The notes: generated by a model not told the origin, from the letters alone. 64,000 nucleotides of DNA from an uncultured Acidobacteriota bacterium (GCA_963720545.1 OY970399.1:1920001-1984000), one strand, 5' to 3'; positions 20,807 through 31,900 are shown, numbered from the stretch's first letter. Made by a program: numbers and translations.

Positions 20807-22846
20807 ATGATCCGCCCCGCCTTGTTCGTGCTGCTGCCGCTTCTCGCCGCCGCTGCCGTTGCGTCGGGCGCTGAGACGATCAAATACGTGGCCCTCGTCG
20901 ATGGCGGCAAGGAGGCCGGCCACCAGATCGTCACGCACGGCGACGACAAGGTGACGCGCGTCGACTTCATCTTCAAGGACAACGGCCGCGGCCCGGAGAG
21001 CAAGGAGGAGTACACGCTCGCTGCCGACGGCACCTACAAGACCTACTCCGCGAAGGGCACCTCCACCTTCGGCGCGCCGGTCGACGAGTCGTTCACCCTC
21101 ACCGCGGGCAAGGCGGCGTGGAAGTCGCTGTCCGATTCGGGCGAGATGCCGGTGAGCGGCACGGCGCTCTATTCGCCACTCGGCGGCAGCCCCGACTCCT
21201 TCACGGTGGCGCTCGCCGCGGCCGCGAAGAACGGCGGCAAGGTGCCGCTCCTGCCCACCGGCACGCTCGCGGTGCGCACGGTGGCGAGCCAGGAGGTCGA
21301 AGGCGGCGCGGGCAAGCGCACGGTGAACCTGGTGGCGATCACGGGGGTCGGTTTCACCCCGACGTTCGTGTGGGCCACGGCCGACACCGCCCCGCGGCTC
21401 TTCGCCTTCATCCTTCCCGGTTTCCTGCAGCTCATCGAGGACGGGTTCCAGAAGAACGCCGCTGCCCTCGAGACCCGGCAGAAGCAGGCCGAAGGCGAGG
21501 CGCTCGTGGACTTCAGCAAGCGGCTCACCCACGTGCTGCCGGGCACGACGCTGATCCGCAACGCGCGGGTCTTCGACAGCGAGAAGGCGGTTCTCGGCGC
21601 GGCCTCGGACGTGCTGCTGAAGGACGGCCGCATCGCTTCGATTGCCGCGGCCGGCAAGGGCGGCACCGCTGACCGCACCGTCGATGCCGGCGGCCGCGTG
21701 CTGCTGCCGGGCCTTTTCGACATGCACGGCCACATTTCGCGCTGGGATGGCGCGCTGCAACTGGGCGCGGGCGTCACCACGGTGCGCGACATGGGCAACG
21801 ACAACGAGACGCTGCAGCAGATCATCGCCGAGGAGCGCGCCGGCACCATCCTGATGAACCACATCGTCCCGGCGGGCTTCCTCGAGGGTGAGAGCCCGAT
21901 GTCGGCGCGCAACGGCTTCGTGGTCAGCGACCTTGCCGGCGCGAAGAAGGCAATCGACTGGTACGCCGAGCACCACTATCCGCAGATCAAGATCTACAAC
22001 TCGTTCCCGAAGGACATCGTGGCGCAGACGACAGCGTACGCCCACGAGAAGGGACTGCGGGTCAGCGGCCACATCCCGGCGTTCATGCGCGCGCAGGAGG
22101 CCGTGGAGCAGGGTTACGACGAGATCCAGCACATCAACCAGCTGCTGCTCAACTTCTTCGTCACGCCGACCACCGACACGCGCACGCTCGAGCGCTTCTA
22201 CCTCGTGGGCGAGAAGGCGGCCGACCTCGACCTCGACTCGAAGCCGGTGCAGGACTTCATCGCACTCCTCAAGGCCCGCAACATCGTCATCGACCCGACG
22301 CTCGCCACCTTCGACTTCCTGCGCCAGCGCGACGGCACGATGTCGGCTGCCTTCGCGGCGGTCGCCGACCACATGCCGCCCGACGTCTCGCGCGGCTTCA
22401 AGGTCGGGCAGATGAAGATTCCCGACGATGCGACCGCGGCCCGTTACGAGAAGTCGTACCAGAAGTGCATCGACTTCACCGGCCGGATGTGGAAGGCGGG
22501 CATCCCGGTGGTGGCCGGCACCGACGGCCTCGCCGGCTTCACCCTGCAGCGCGAGCTGGAGCTTTACGTGATGGCCGGCATGACGCCCGCGCAGGCGCTC
22601 TCGGTCGCGACCTGGAACGGCGCCAAGTACGCGAAGGTGCTGGACGATCGCGGCTCGGTCACTGCCGGCAAGCGCGCCGACCTCATCCTGGTGGACGGCG
22701 ATCCCACGAAGAGCATCGCCGACATCCGCAAGGTCGCGCTGGTCTTCAAGGACGGCAACGCCTACTACCCCGCCGAGATCTACGGCGAGATCGGCGTGAA
22801 GCCGTTCACCGAGGCCCTGCGCGTGGAGGGCCCCGCCGCGAAGTGA
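20807..22846 (+). CDS. Exported amidohydrolase family protein with extra N-terminal domain
   Basis: AGGAG RBS, signal peptide, PGLFDMHGH, GVTTVRD, GTDG, GKRADLILVDGDP. Confidence 0.88.
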   Translation: MIRPALFVLLPLLAAAAVASGAETIKYVALVDGGKEAGHQIVTHGDDKVTRVDFIFKDNGRGPESKEEYTLAADGTYKTYSAKGTSTFGAPVDESFTLTAGKAAWKSLSDSGEMPVSGTALYSPLGGSPDSFTVALAAAAKNGGKVPLLPTGTLAVRTVASQEVEGGAGKRTVNLVAITGVGFTPTFVWATADTAPRLFAFILPGFLQLIEDGFQKNAAALETRQKQAEGEALVDFSKRLTHVLPGTTLIRNARVFDSEKAVLGAASDVLLKDGRIASIAAAGKGGTADRTVDAGGRVLLPGLFDMHGHISRWDGALQLGAGVTTVRDMGNDNETLQQIIAEERAGTILMNHIVPAGFLEGESPMSARNGFVVSDLAGAKKAIDWYAEHHYPQIKIYNSFPKDIVAQTTAYAHEKGLRVSGHIPAFMRAQEAVEQGYDEIQHINQLLLNFFVTPTTDTRTLERFYLVGEKAADLDLDSKPVQDFIALLKARNIVIDPTLATFDFLRQRDGTMSAAFAAVADHMPPDVSRGFKVGQMKIPDDATAARYEKSYQKCIDFTGRMWKAGIPVVAGTDGLAGFTLQRELELYVMAGMTPAQALSVATWNGAKYAKVLDDRGSVTAGKRADLILVDGDPTKSIADIRKVALVFKDGNAYYPAEIYGEIGVKPFTEALRVEGPAAK

Positions 22847-23880
22847 GCGCCCTCGACCTCGCGCAGAGCCTCGGCCACGAACGCGTCGTCCTGCTGAACG
22901 ACCGCCGTTCGGGGCTGCGCGCGGCGATTGCAATCCACGACACGACGCTCGGGCCGGCCGCCGGCGGCACGCGCATGCGTCCGTACGCCGCGTTCGACGA
23001 TGCCGTCACCGACGCGCTGCGCCTGTCGCGCGCGATGACCTACAAGGCAGCGATGTGCGGCATGCCGCGCGGCGGCGGCAAGGCGGTGATCGTCGGCGAC
23101 CCGGCGCGCGACAAGACCGAGGCGCTGCTGGAGGCGTACGCGCGCGCGGTCGACGCCCTGGGCGGCGCGTTCCACACCGGCGGCGACATGGGAATCGGCG
23201 GCAGCGACGTGCTGTTCATCCGCCGCTTCACCGAGCATGCGAGCCACAGCGTACCGGGGTCAGCGCTCGAGACGTCGTTGCTCGCGGCCCTCGGCGTATT
23301 CGAATCGATCCGCTCGGTGGCGGCGCTCCTGGGCCGGCCGCTCGACGGGCTGCACGTCGCGGTGCAGGGCGTGGGCGAGCTCGGCTCGCGCCTGGTTGCC
23401 GACCTGCACGCCGCAGGCTGCCGTATCACCGTCGCCGATCAGGTGGCGGCACGCGCGGCTGCCGCCGCCGAACAGCACGGCGCGGCCGTGGTCGCCGCCG
23501 AGGCCATTTACGACGTCCCCTGCGACGTGTTTTCGCCGAACGCCGGCACCGGCATCCTCAACGACGGCACCATCGACCGGCTGCGCTGCGCGGCGGTCGT
23601 CGGCGGCGCGAACGAACAACTGCTCGATCCGCGCCACGGCGACCTGCTGTTCGCCCGCGGCATCCTGTTCGCACCCGACTACGTGGCGAACGCCGGCGGG
23701 CTGCTGAGCCTGCTTTGGGAATTGGGCCAGACCGACGAAGCCGGCGTCATCGAACGCACGCGGGCCATTGGCCCGAGGATCGGCGAAATCGTCGCGCGCT
23801 CGCGGCGGGACGGTATCCCGGCGCACAGGCTCGCCGACCACATGGCGGAAAAGGTGTTGGCAGACGCTCGCTCGCGTTAG
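22843..23880 (+). CDS. Leu/Phe/Val dehydrogenase
   Basis: IAIHDTTLGPAAGGTRM, MTYK, GGGKAVI, QGVGELG, GGANEQL, APDYVANAGG; GTGA overlap with the upstream gene. Confidence 0.9.
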   Translation: MSALDLAQSLGHERVVLLNDRRSGLRAAIAIHDTTLGPAAGGTRMRPYAAFDDAVTDALRLSRAMTYKAAMCGMPRGGGKAVIVGDPARDKTEALLEAYARAVDALGGAFHTGGDMGIGGSDVLFIRRFTEHASHSVPGSALETSLLAALGVFESIRSVAALLGRPLDGLHVAVQGVGELGSRLVADLHAAGCRITVADQVAARAAAAAEQHGAAVVAAEAIYDVPCDVFSPNAGTGILNDGTIDRLRCAAVVGGANEQLLDPRHGDLLFARGILFAPDYVANAGGLLSLLWELGQTDEAGVIERTRAIGPRIGEIVARSRRDGIPAHRLADHMAEKVLADARSR

Positions 23881-23889
23881 GGTGGGGAG

Positions 23890-24327
23890 ATGAAGCGTTT
23901 TTTCCCGTCCCTCGCCATCACCGCATCGCTCTTCTTCCTGCCCGCGTGCGGCGACAAGTCGCCGACCGAGCCGGCGCCGCAGCCGAGCGGCGACTCGGTG
24001 GTGATCGCCGCGATCACTCCGGCAACCAGCACTGTCGTGGCGCCGGGGCAGACGATCGACTTCGCCGCTGTGCTGTCCTATCGCCTCGACAGCGCCGACA
24101 ACGGCCGACTGATCCTGACCGTTCGCGACCAGGCGAATCGCAGCCTGCTGCCGCCGGCAACGCCCAGCGCTTTCAACATCACCCGCGGCTTCAACCGCCT
24201 CAACGTCGCCTATCCCGTGGCGGTGCCGCCCAGCGGCGTCTCCAAGGTGATCGTCAAGCTCGAGATGTTTCCCGGCGCGACCACAGCGGCCAGTGCCGGC
24301 GTCTCGGTGGAGTACGACGTGCGCTAG
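23890..24327 (+). CDS. Hypothetical lipoprotein (beta-rich)
   Basis: GGAG RBS; lipobox-like FFLPAC followed by GDKSPTEP. Confidence 0.7.
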   Translation: MKRFFPSLAITASLFFLPACGDKSPTEPAPQPSGDSVVIAAITPATSTVVAPGQTIDFAAVLSYRLDSADNGRLILTVRDQANRSLLPPATPSAFNITRGFNRLNVAYPVAVPPSGVSKVIVKLEMFPGATTAASAGVSVEYDVR

Positions 24328-26048
24328 CGGCCCGCGCCGGCGGCTGGTGCTGCCGTGCGCAGGCAAAGGCCGACGCGGTGGCCGAGGCCACGGCCGGTGA
24401 CGACGTAACCGCCGGCAGTGCGTGTGATGCGATCGGCGGGACTGGGCAAGGCGCCCCAGTCGCGCACGCGCGCGATGCGTTCGTGTGCCTCGTCGTAGGC
24501 GAGGCATGCTGCGGCACCGTCCGGCTTGCGCACGTCGAGGCACCAGGTGCCGCCGCGCCATGCGATGGCGAGTCCCGCGACGCCGGCGCCGAACGCGCGT
24601 TCCACCTCGCGATCGGACCAACGCCGCTCCCACTCCCGTGCCGGGTGCTGCGCATGCGCCACGACCGGCTCGCCGTCGTCCGTGCCGCCCCAGACGGCGT
24701 GCGGCGAGAGTGGCTGCGAACCGCAATCGGACGTCCAGTGTGCAGGGCCCGACGCGTGCGCCTGCGCTTGAGCGGCGGACCACTCGGCGTCAGTGAGGAT
24801 GCGCGCTCCGGCGCCACCTGCGTCTGCAACGGGTGAACGCGGTTCACTCCAGCTGAGGTAAGGCCCGCGGCCGACGAACCACGCGCAGTGGGTGGAATCG
24901 CAAACGTCTGCGTCGGCGTGGCGCTTGCCCGCAGCGGTGAAACGCAGCACGGCCGCCGCCAGCTCGACGCGATGATCGGTGCGCGCCGGTCCCAGCTCGG
25001 CGAGCAGCACGCCGTTCGCGTATTCGCGGCGGCTCATGCCCGCAACGAGTGTCAGTGTGCGGCCGCCGCCAATCGCCACGCTGCCAACGATCCGCCGGCG
25101 CGTCCGCGGCGAGGCGATGCGCAGTTCCCAGTTCCCCGTCTCGAGGCGGTCGCCGGTGCGTAACGTGAGGGTGCCGCCCGCGCCGACGAAGCCGCGGTTG
25201 GTGCCAATCGGCGCGCTGCCCAGGTTCGTTGCCGTCACCGCGGCTGGCTGCAGCAATTCGAACAATCGCACCCGCACCTCGGCACGTTCGACTGGAATCG
25301 CGGCGGCCGGCTGTGTCGATGCCGGGCGATAGGCGATCGGCCCTCGCGACGTTGACGGGTGACGGTCGGCCACCACCGTTGCCATCCGTCCGGCCGCGTC
25401 CCTTCCGGTGCCAGGATCGAGCATGCCGAGCGCCGCCCATCCCGCGTCGTCCACGGCAAGCGCCAGTCCGGCCGTGCGCCACGCCGGTCCGGCCGCTGAC
25501 TTCACGGTGCCCGTTTTCGCCCACAGCCCGCGAGTGTGCATCGCGGCGGATGTGCCGTCGAGTGCGCCGTCGCGCAGCCCGGCGAGCAGTACGGTACGGT
25601 GCCGCTCGCCCGCTGGCCACGGCTCGCGCGTCAGCTTCACGTACGCCGCGAGCAGCTGCGCTGGCGCGATGCGCAGCGGCTCCGCGACGGCCGGCAGGCC
25701 GATGGCGCCATCGGCCGAGAGCGCCGCCGGCACCACGAAACCGTTGGCGCGCAGCACCGCCGCAAGCCGCTGCGCCGGCACGAGGTTCGCCAGCGCGCGA
25801 AAGTACGTATTGCAGGAGACGGCCGCCGCCTGCCGCAGGTCGAGCGTGCCGTGTCCGCTCGAGCGCCAGCAACCCGAGCGCCGGTCGCAGGTGACAACAG
25901 GAGCGTCGCCCTGCGGATACGTCTCAGCCCAGGCCTGCGCCACGAACGGCTTCGACAGGGAGCCCACCGCGATCGGGTCGCTGCTTCCAACCTCGGCACC
26001 GCCTGCGGTCCACAGCCGGAACACCGCGGCCAGCGCGAACAGGATCAC
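24324..26048 (-). CDS. PBP-transpeptidase-like domain fused to SpoIID/LytB-like domain (YfaQ/DUF2300-like)
   Basis: GSLSKPF (SxxK), SCN (SxN), AKTGT (KTG); then EYANGVLLAE, DVCDSTHC, GRGLGHRVGLC; GTG start inferred. Confidence 0.75.
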   Translation of the reverse strand: MILFALAAVFRLWTAGGAEVGSSDPIAVGSLSKPFVAQAWAETYPQGDAPVVTCDRRSGCWRSSGHGTLDLRQAAAVSCNTYFRALANLVPAQRLAAVLRANGFVVPAALSADGAIGLPAVAEPLRIAPAQLLAAYVKLTREPWPAGERHRTVLLAGLRDGALDGTSAAMHTRGLWAKTGTVKSAAGPAWRTAGLALAVDDAGWAALGMLDPGTGRDAAGRMATVVADRHPSTSRGPIAYRPASTQPAAAIPVERAEVRVRLFELLQPAAVTATNLGSAPIGTNRGFVGAGGTLTLRTGDRLETGNWELRIASPRTRRRIVGSVAIGGGRTLTLVAGMSRREYANGVLLAELGPARTDHRVELAAAVLRFTAAGKRHADADVCDSTHCAWFVGRGPYLSWSEPRSPVADAGGAGARILTDAEWSAAQAQAHASGPAHWTSDCGSQPLSPHAVWGGTDDGEPVVAHAQHPAREWERRWSDREVERAFGAGVAGLAIAWRGGTWCLDVRKPDGAAACLAYDEAHERIARVRDWGALPSPADRITRTAGGYVVTGRGLGHRVGLCLRTAAPAAGAGR

Positions 26049-26087
26049 GCCCGTAGTATCCCAGAGCCAGCGTTGGCGGGGACTAAG

Positions 26088-26867
26088 ATGCCTGCAGTGG
26101 CCACCACCGATGAGTACACGACGGACGGCCGCCGGTTCCCCGTATTCCTCACCGCCGAATGGCGCAACCTCGTCCTCGTCAACTGGGAAGTCGCGCGCGG
26201 CGTGGTCGCGCCGCTGGTCCCGCGCGGCACCGAACTCGACGAGTGGAGGGGCCGCACTTATCTGAGCCTCGTCGGCTTCATGTTCCTGAAGACCAGGGTG
26301 CGAGGCGTGGCGATTCCCTTTCACCGCGACTTCGAGGAGGTGAACCTGCGCTTCTACGTGCGCCGCAAGTCGCAGGAGGGCTGGCGCCGCGCCGTGGTGT
26401 TTGTGAAGGAGCTGGTGCCGCGCGCCGCGATCGCCTTCCTCGCCCGCACGCTGTACAACGAGAACTATCAGGCGGTGCCGATGAGCCACGAGTTCCAGGA
26501 GGCTCCGGGTTCGCCATGCCGCATCGCATCGGTTTCATACGGCTGGCGCATCGCCGGACGCAGCAACCACTTGAGGTTGGCCGTGGCTGTCGAGCCGCAG
26601 CCGCTCGTGAGAGGCAGCCAAGAGGAATTCATCACCGAGCACTACTGGGGCTACACCGCGCAGCGCGACGGCGGCACGGTCGAGTACCACGTGACCCACC
26701 CGTCCTGGCGCGTCGCCCCCGCTACTGCGATCGACGTCGACTGCGATTTCTCCGCCAACTACGGCCCGGCGTTGGCGGAATCGCTGCAAGCCGCGCCCGA
26801 CTCCGCCTTCCTCGCGGACGGCTCGGCGGTCTGCGTCTCGCGCGGCGTCCGCTTGACGGACATCTGA
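26088..26867 (+). CDS. DUF2071 (YqjF) family protein
   Basis: FLTAEWRNL...FEEVNLRFYV...EEFITEHYWGY...YHVTHPSW; start ATG 26088 or GTG 26097. Confidence 0.88.
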   Translation: MPAVATTDEYTTDGRRFPVFLTAEWRNLVLVNWEVARGVVAPLVPRGTELDEWRGRTYLSLVGFMFLKTRVRGVAIPFHRDFEEVNLRFYVRRKSQEGWRRAVVFVKELVPRAAIAFLARTLYNENYQAVPMSHEFQEAPGSPCRIASVSYGWRIAGRSNHLRLAVAVEPQPLVRGSQEEFITEHYWGYTAQRDGGTVEYHVTHPSWRVAPATAIDVDCDFSANYGPALAESLQAAPDSAFLADGSAVCVSRGVRLTDI

Positions 26868-26956
26868 GCGCGCACCACTCAACTCCAACTCGTTCCAGAA
26901 CGGTGTCACGTTGCGCATCAGGGACTAAGCTTGCGGTCCATCAAAGGAGTTGCGCG

Positions 26957-27427
26957 ATGCGACGAGTGTTCATGCTGGCGATGGCGGGGTTGCTGATGGC
27001 CGGCGGGGTACGGGCGGCGGATGCGCCCGATGCGGCGGCGCTGACGAAGATCCTCAAGGAGTTCCTTGCCGGTGCGCAGTACGACGCGAAGATGCACGAC
27101 CGTTTCTGGGCGGAAGACCTCATCTACACGAGCTCGGCCGGCAAGCGCATCGCCAAGTCGGACATCATGGCCGAGATGAAGGACGCGAAGCCGCCGCAGC
27201 CGGGCGAGCCAAGCACCGTCTTCTCCGGCGAGGACATTCGCGTCCAGCAGTACGGCGACACGGCGGTGGTGGCGTTCGTGCTGGTCGGCAAGACCACCGA
27301 CGGCGGAAAGACCACGGAGCAGCGCTACCTCAACACCGGCACCTTCGCGAAGCGCAACGGTGAGTGGAAGGTGGTCGCGTGGCAGGCGACGAAGGCGGCC
27401 GAACCCGAGGCGGCGAAGGCGAAGTAG
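26957..27427 (+). CDS. Exported NTF2-like (DUF4440) protein
   Basis: AAGGAG RBS, signal peptide, WAEDLIYTSSAG, YGDTAVV, WKVVAWQAT. Confidence 0.85.
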   Translation: MRRVFMLAMAGLLMAGGVRAADAPDAAALTKILKEFLAGAQYDAKMHDRFWAEDLIYTSSAGKRIAKSDIMAEMKDAKPPQPGEPSTVFSGEDIRVQQYGDTAVVAFVLVGKTTDGGKTTEQRYLNTGTFAKRNGEWKVVAWQATKAAEPEAAKAK

Positions 27428-27434
27428 CGCGTCG

Positions 27435-28970
27435 TCAGCGCGGTTCGAAGACGACTCGCTCGCTCCATCCTGTGGCCGTCTTCCTGCGCTCGACGGACAG
27501 CGCCTTCGTTTCCGGCAGCCATCCGAGGAGCCCGAGGATCCTGTCGGAGAACGGCCGGATTGTTTCGGGCGAGGCCGGGCCCTCGGCCGACTCCCATCGG
27601 TGCGCTTCCGAGGCAACAGCTTCGAGATCGAGCCGGCCCCAACGCAGCAATTCAGCCGCAGGCTGCGGTGTGGGCACCGTCGCGAGCGCTGCCGCCGTCG
27701 AACCGAGCCAAAGGAAGCCACCGGTGCGCCGCCAGGCGACTGCCGGCAGGCCGGGGCCGAGCCGGATCTCGGTGATGCCGTTGGCCGCGTGCGTTTCGAT
27801 GCGCGCGCCGCGCCTGGTGAGGGTGGCGGCGAACAGGCGAGCGATCTCCGAGTCTTTTTCCTTTGGCCACGCGAAGGCGACACGCCGCGCTCCGTCCCGG
27901 GCGATTTCGTAGCCGAAGCCGGCCGGCGGGTTGCCGGCGAACAGCCTGCGCCAGGCATCGAGCTCGCCCGCTTCCCACGCCGTGCCGGCGGCCGCCATCA
28001 GCGGCTTGTCGATGCGCACCGCATAGGCATCCTCGGCTTCCTGCGCCTTGGCCGGCGGCAGGTCGGCGCTTGCGACGAGCGGTGTCCGCGACAGCGAGGG
28101 CAGCGGCTCGAGCAGCGCGCCGCGCAGCATGTCGAGCAAGTTCTCGGCCTGCGAAAGCGGCAGCCATCCGGCCGCCGCGGCGCCCGGCGCAGCGAACGTC
28201 GCGGCCGGAGCGCTGCTTCCACCCGTGCCCTCGCGCATCTCGACGAGCTGGCTGCCCTCGAGGCGCAGCGCCGCGCGCACGTGGCCGCGCGCTCCGCTGT
28301 CGCCGAACAGGAACTCGCGCCGGAAATAGCGATCGACGCCGAGCTTGTCCATGTCGAGGTCGAGCGATGCGAGGCCCTGCAACAGCTGCGCCGGCGCGGC
28401 GCCCGAACGCGCAGCGTCGAGCGCCAGCCTCATGGCGCGCTCGCTCGTGGCGAGGATGAGGCGGCCGCCGGCGAGCTGCCAGGCGAGGCCTGCGCGGCGC
28501 GACGCGTCGCCGGCGCCCGGTTCGTCGGCGGCGCCCGCGGCAACGAAGTTGTAGGTGCTGCCTTCATGGGTTCGAACCACGCCCTTGGGCGGCGCCAACG
28601 GCAGCGCTGCGAGCGGCGTCTCCACGACGAGGACGGCCTCGAGCGCGCCGATGTCGAGCACCGCGATGCCGATCGACGTGGGACGAAGGCGCCTTATCTC
28701 ACTCCACGTCCACGGCAGGTCCTTCGCGAACTTGCCCCACTGATCCTCGAGCTTCGCGCCGATGCGGGAGGCGCGGAAGCCGGCCGCGACCGGCTCACCG
28801 TCGGGCAGGCTGCCGCTCAACGCCTCACGGAAGCGCCCGGTGAGCGCCGCTTCGAACGCGGCGGGATCCTCGATGACGAGCCGTATCGGCGCCGGCGGCA
28901 GCGGCGGGGCCGCGTGCACCACGGAGGTCGTGAGAAGAGCGGCCAGCAGCTGTGGCGAGAGCAGCCTCAC
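27435..28970 (-). CDS. Exported hypothetical protein, 511 aa (last gene of the VIT-vWA operon)
   Basis: Signal peptide ending VVHA; GTGA overlap with the upstream giant gene; protein-like composition. Confidence 0.75.
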   Translation of the reverse strand: MRLLSPQLLAALLTTSVVHAAPPLPPAPIRLVIEDPAAFEAALTGRFREALSGSLPDGEPVAAGFRASRIGAKLEDQWGKFAKDLPWTWSEIRRLRPTSIGIAVLDIGALEAVLVVETPLAALPLAPPKGVVRTHEGSTYNFVAAGAADEPGAGDASRRAGLAWQLAGGRLILATSERAMRLALDAARSGAAPAQLLQGLASLDLDMDKLGVDRYFRREFLFGDSGARGHVRAALRLEGSQLVEMREGTGGSSAPAATFAAPGAAAAGWLPLSQAENLLDMLRGALLEPLPSLSRTPLVASADLPPAKAQEAEDAYAVRIDKPLMAAAGTAWEAGELDAWRRLFAGNPPAGFGYEIARDGARRVAFAWPKEKDSEIARLFAATLTRRGARIETHAANGITEIRLGPGLPAVAWRRTGGFLWLGSTAAALATVPTPQPAAELLRWGRLDLEAVASEAHRWESAEGPASPETIRPFSDRILGLLGWLPETKALSVERRKTATGWSERVVFEPR

Positions 28971-31900
28971 CGCTCGACTCCCTTCGCGGCGGCCGTCTCC
29001 GCCGCCACGATGCGGCTCAACAAGTCGAACGTCAGGTCGCCGGGGGCGTAGGGCCGGGCGCTGTTGCCGGCGGGCACGAACGGCAGTGGCGGCTCGGTTT
29101 CGATCGGGCCGAGTTCCGCGCGCAATGCGGCTGCCGCGGTGCCGTCGCGGTCGGCGAGCGCCGTGAAAGCGGCGTCCTCCAGGGCGCGGTCGCGCCCGCC
29201 GCGGCCGATGCGCGCGAGGTCGCCAAGCGCCGCATCGACGTCGGCCTTGCGGTAACCGCGGCGTGACAGCTCGTTCGCGAGAGCCGTCGCCGAGGTGCCG
29301 GTGAGTTGCCCGGCCGCCGCCCGCGGCGAAGAGGCGAGCTGCGCGCGCGCCGCACGCAAGCGCAGGACCGAGGTGTCGTCCGAATCGCGGATGCCGTTCA
29401 TCGCCGCGTCGTCCAGGGCGTCCACGACGCGCTCGATCGCGTCCGCGTCGAGCGGGCCAAGCGCTCGCAGCGCAGCACGCGCGGACAGGACGTCATAACG
29501 ACGGGCCGCGAGGTGTGCGCCGAGTCCCGCCGCGGCTTCCCCTGCGGGCTTGCGCCAGAACGGTGCCGCGGCGCTCCATGCGGCGGGTGTTCCGGCGGCC
29601 GGCGGCAGCGCCAGCCGCCGCCACAGGTCGAAGGCGCGGATCTCGTCGGTGCGTGTCCAGCCGCCGCGGCTGCGGCCGCTCGCCAGGGTCGCGGCGGCAG
29701 CGGCTGTGTCGCCGGCATCGCGCCACAGGCGTGCGCGCCGCGACACGGCGTCGAACGTGAAGGTCTCCTCGGCGCGCGCCATCCAGCGTCCGACCTCCGC
29801 GCGCGCGTAGCGCGCCAGCGATGCCGCGATTGCCGGCACGCTTGCGGCCGTCAGGTCGCCTCGGATCCACGCGTTTTCGAGCTCGGCAATCACGGCTGCG
29901 CGCCCCGGGCCGTCCTCGACGGCGAGCGCGAGGTCCCACGAGTCGGCGCTGGAAATGCCGGCCGCGCGCTGCGCCCGCAGCGCGGCACGGAAACGCTCCC
30001 GCACGACGTCGGCGTTCGCGCCTTTTCTGTCCACGAACGCCTCGTGCCAGGCGCGGAGTCGGGCGAGCCTTGGGTCGGCAGGCTCTCTGCCGCTGTCTTC
30101 GGGAATCTGCAGCCACGGCTCTTCGCCGGCGGCTACCGGCGCCGGCAGAGCGACGGGTTGGTACGCAAGCGCGGGTGCCTGCTCCTGCTCCGCAAGCATT
30201 GCGTCGAGCATGGCGAGCGCCACGCCGTGGTCGCCGCGCAACAGCGCCGCGCGCGCCAGTAGCAGGCGGCCGCGCTCGCGCTCCGCGGGTGCTTGGAGCT
30301 TCTGGTTGAGGGCCTCGATTCCTGCCGTGTCGGGAAGTGCACGCAGCGCGGCAAGCGCTGCCTTGCGGTCGGCCACGGCGAAGTCGGACATCCAGCCCGA
30401 GGCGTGCGGCCAGATTCCCCCGAGGACGCCGAGCCGGCCCTGCGGCAACCCGGCCGCGCCGCTCGCCCACAACTCGTCGAGCCACGTCTCGATGTCGGCG
30501 CGATCGAGGCTTGCCGCGCGCCTTGCAAAACGCACTGCGAGCGCGGCGCGATAGCCGACGGGGTCGCTCGTGTGGAGCCGGGCGGCCGCTTCCGCGCCGT
30601 GAACGTCGCGTACGTACGCGAGGACGCCGCCGCCAATCGGCACAGTCGCATCGAGCACGCCAACGGGGGCCGCGAGTTGGAGGTCGGCGGCGAGCATCGA
30701 CAAGTCGCGTAGCCGGGCTTCGCCCAGGTTCGCGGGATCGGCATTGACGGCGTCGCGCCACAGCCGCGCGGCCGCCGCGCCATCCGCCGTGCGCAACGTT
30801 TGCAGCCGCAGCCGCAACACGGCGAGATCGCGGGTGCCGAGGGCGCCGGCCTCGAGCACCTGGCGCGCAAGGGCCGCGTCGCCGAGCGCCGCGGCCAGGC
30901 GCGCAGCGAGAGCCACGCGTGCGCTCTCGCCGCCGCGTTGCGGCGTCTCGAGAACGGCAAGCGCCGCGCCGGCATCGTTGCGACGGTAGCGGACGAGCGT
31001 CTCGAGGGCGAACCAGGACGGGCCCGGCCAGCCGCCCCACTGGTCGAGAAAGGGGCGCGGCTGTGCTTCGACCACCGCGCCGACGGTGCGCGGGCCGCGC
31101 AACGCCGCGAGTGCGGGATCGTCCTCGGCGGGTACGGTCCGCGAGTGGATGAGGCCTGTCAGCACACGGCCCGCGGCGGTCGTCTTCAGGAACGCGTCGC
31201 GATCACCGGTGCCGAGCTGCGCGACGAGCGGCCCGAGTCGCCAGCCATGCGCGCCCAGTTTCAGGAAGCGCGCGAATCGCTTCTCGTCGGTGAACGCCGT
31301 TGCCAGCTCCGAGACGAAGGCGGTGTCGCCCACGGCGCCGCGCACGAACGTTTCCATGACGACAGGGTCGTCGAGCCAGGCGGTCCAGGGGAGGCGTTCC
31401 CTCACGGTGTCGGCTGCTGGGCTCGCGGCCTGCGCGATGAGCGCCTGAACTCGCGGGCGCAAAAATACGGTGAGTTCCGCGGGCCGGTCGCGACGCGCCA
31501 GGTCGCGCACCCACAGCGCCTCGAAATCGGGCGCGCCGAAGACATAGCCGCCGCCCGTGTCGGTCACGACGACGCTCGCGGCACTGGCGACGAACGCCTC
31601 GCTCGGCTGTTCGCGCCAGGGCGCTCCAGGCGGCGACCCGGCGATCAGGCGCCGCGCGATGGCGGTGCGCACATGAGCCGCGATCGCCGCTTCCTCGATG
31701 GCGGGCCACCATTGCCTCAGCGCCGCGACGTTCCCCGCCGGCTTGTCGTACAGGCGCTTCATCACCCACGCCTCGAATTCCTGAAGCTGTTCCGGACGCG
31801 CGTATTCCTGCAGCGTCCGCGCCACCGCGAGCCGATGGTCGCCGTCACCGGCCTTCGCCGCCAGGAACCGCAGGACGGAATCGTTCATGAGCGCAAGGCG

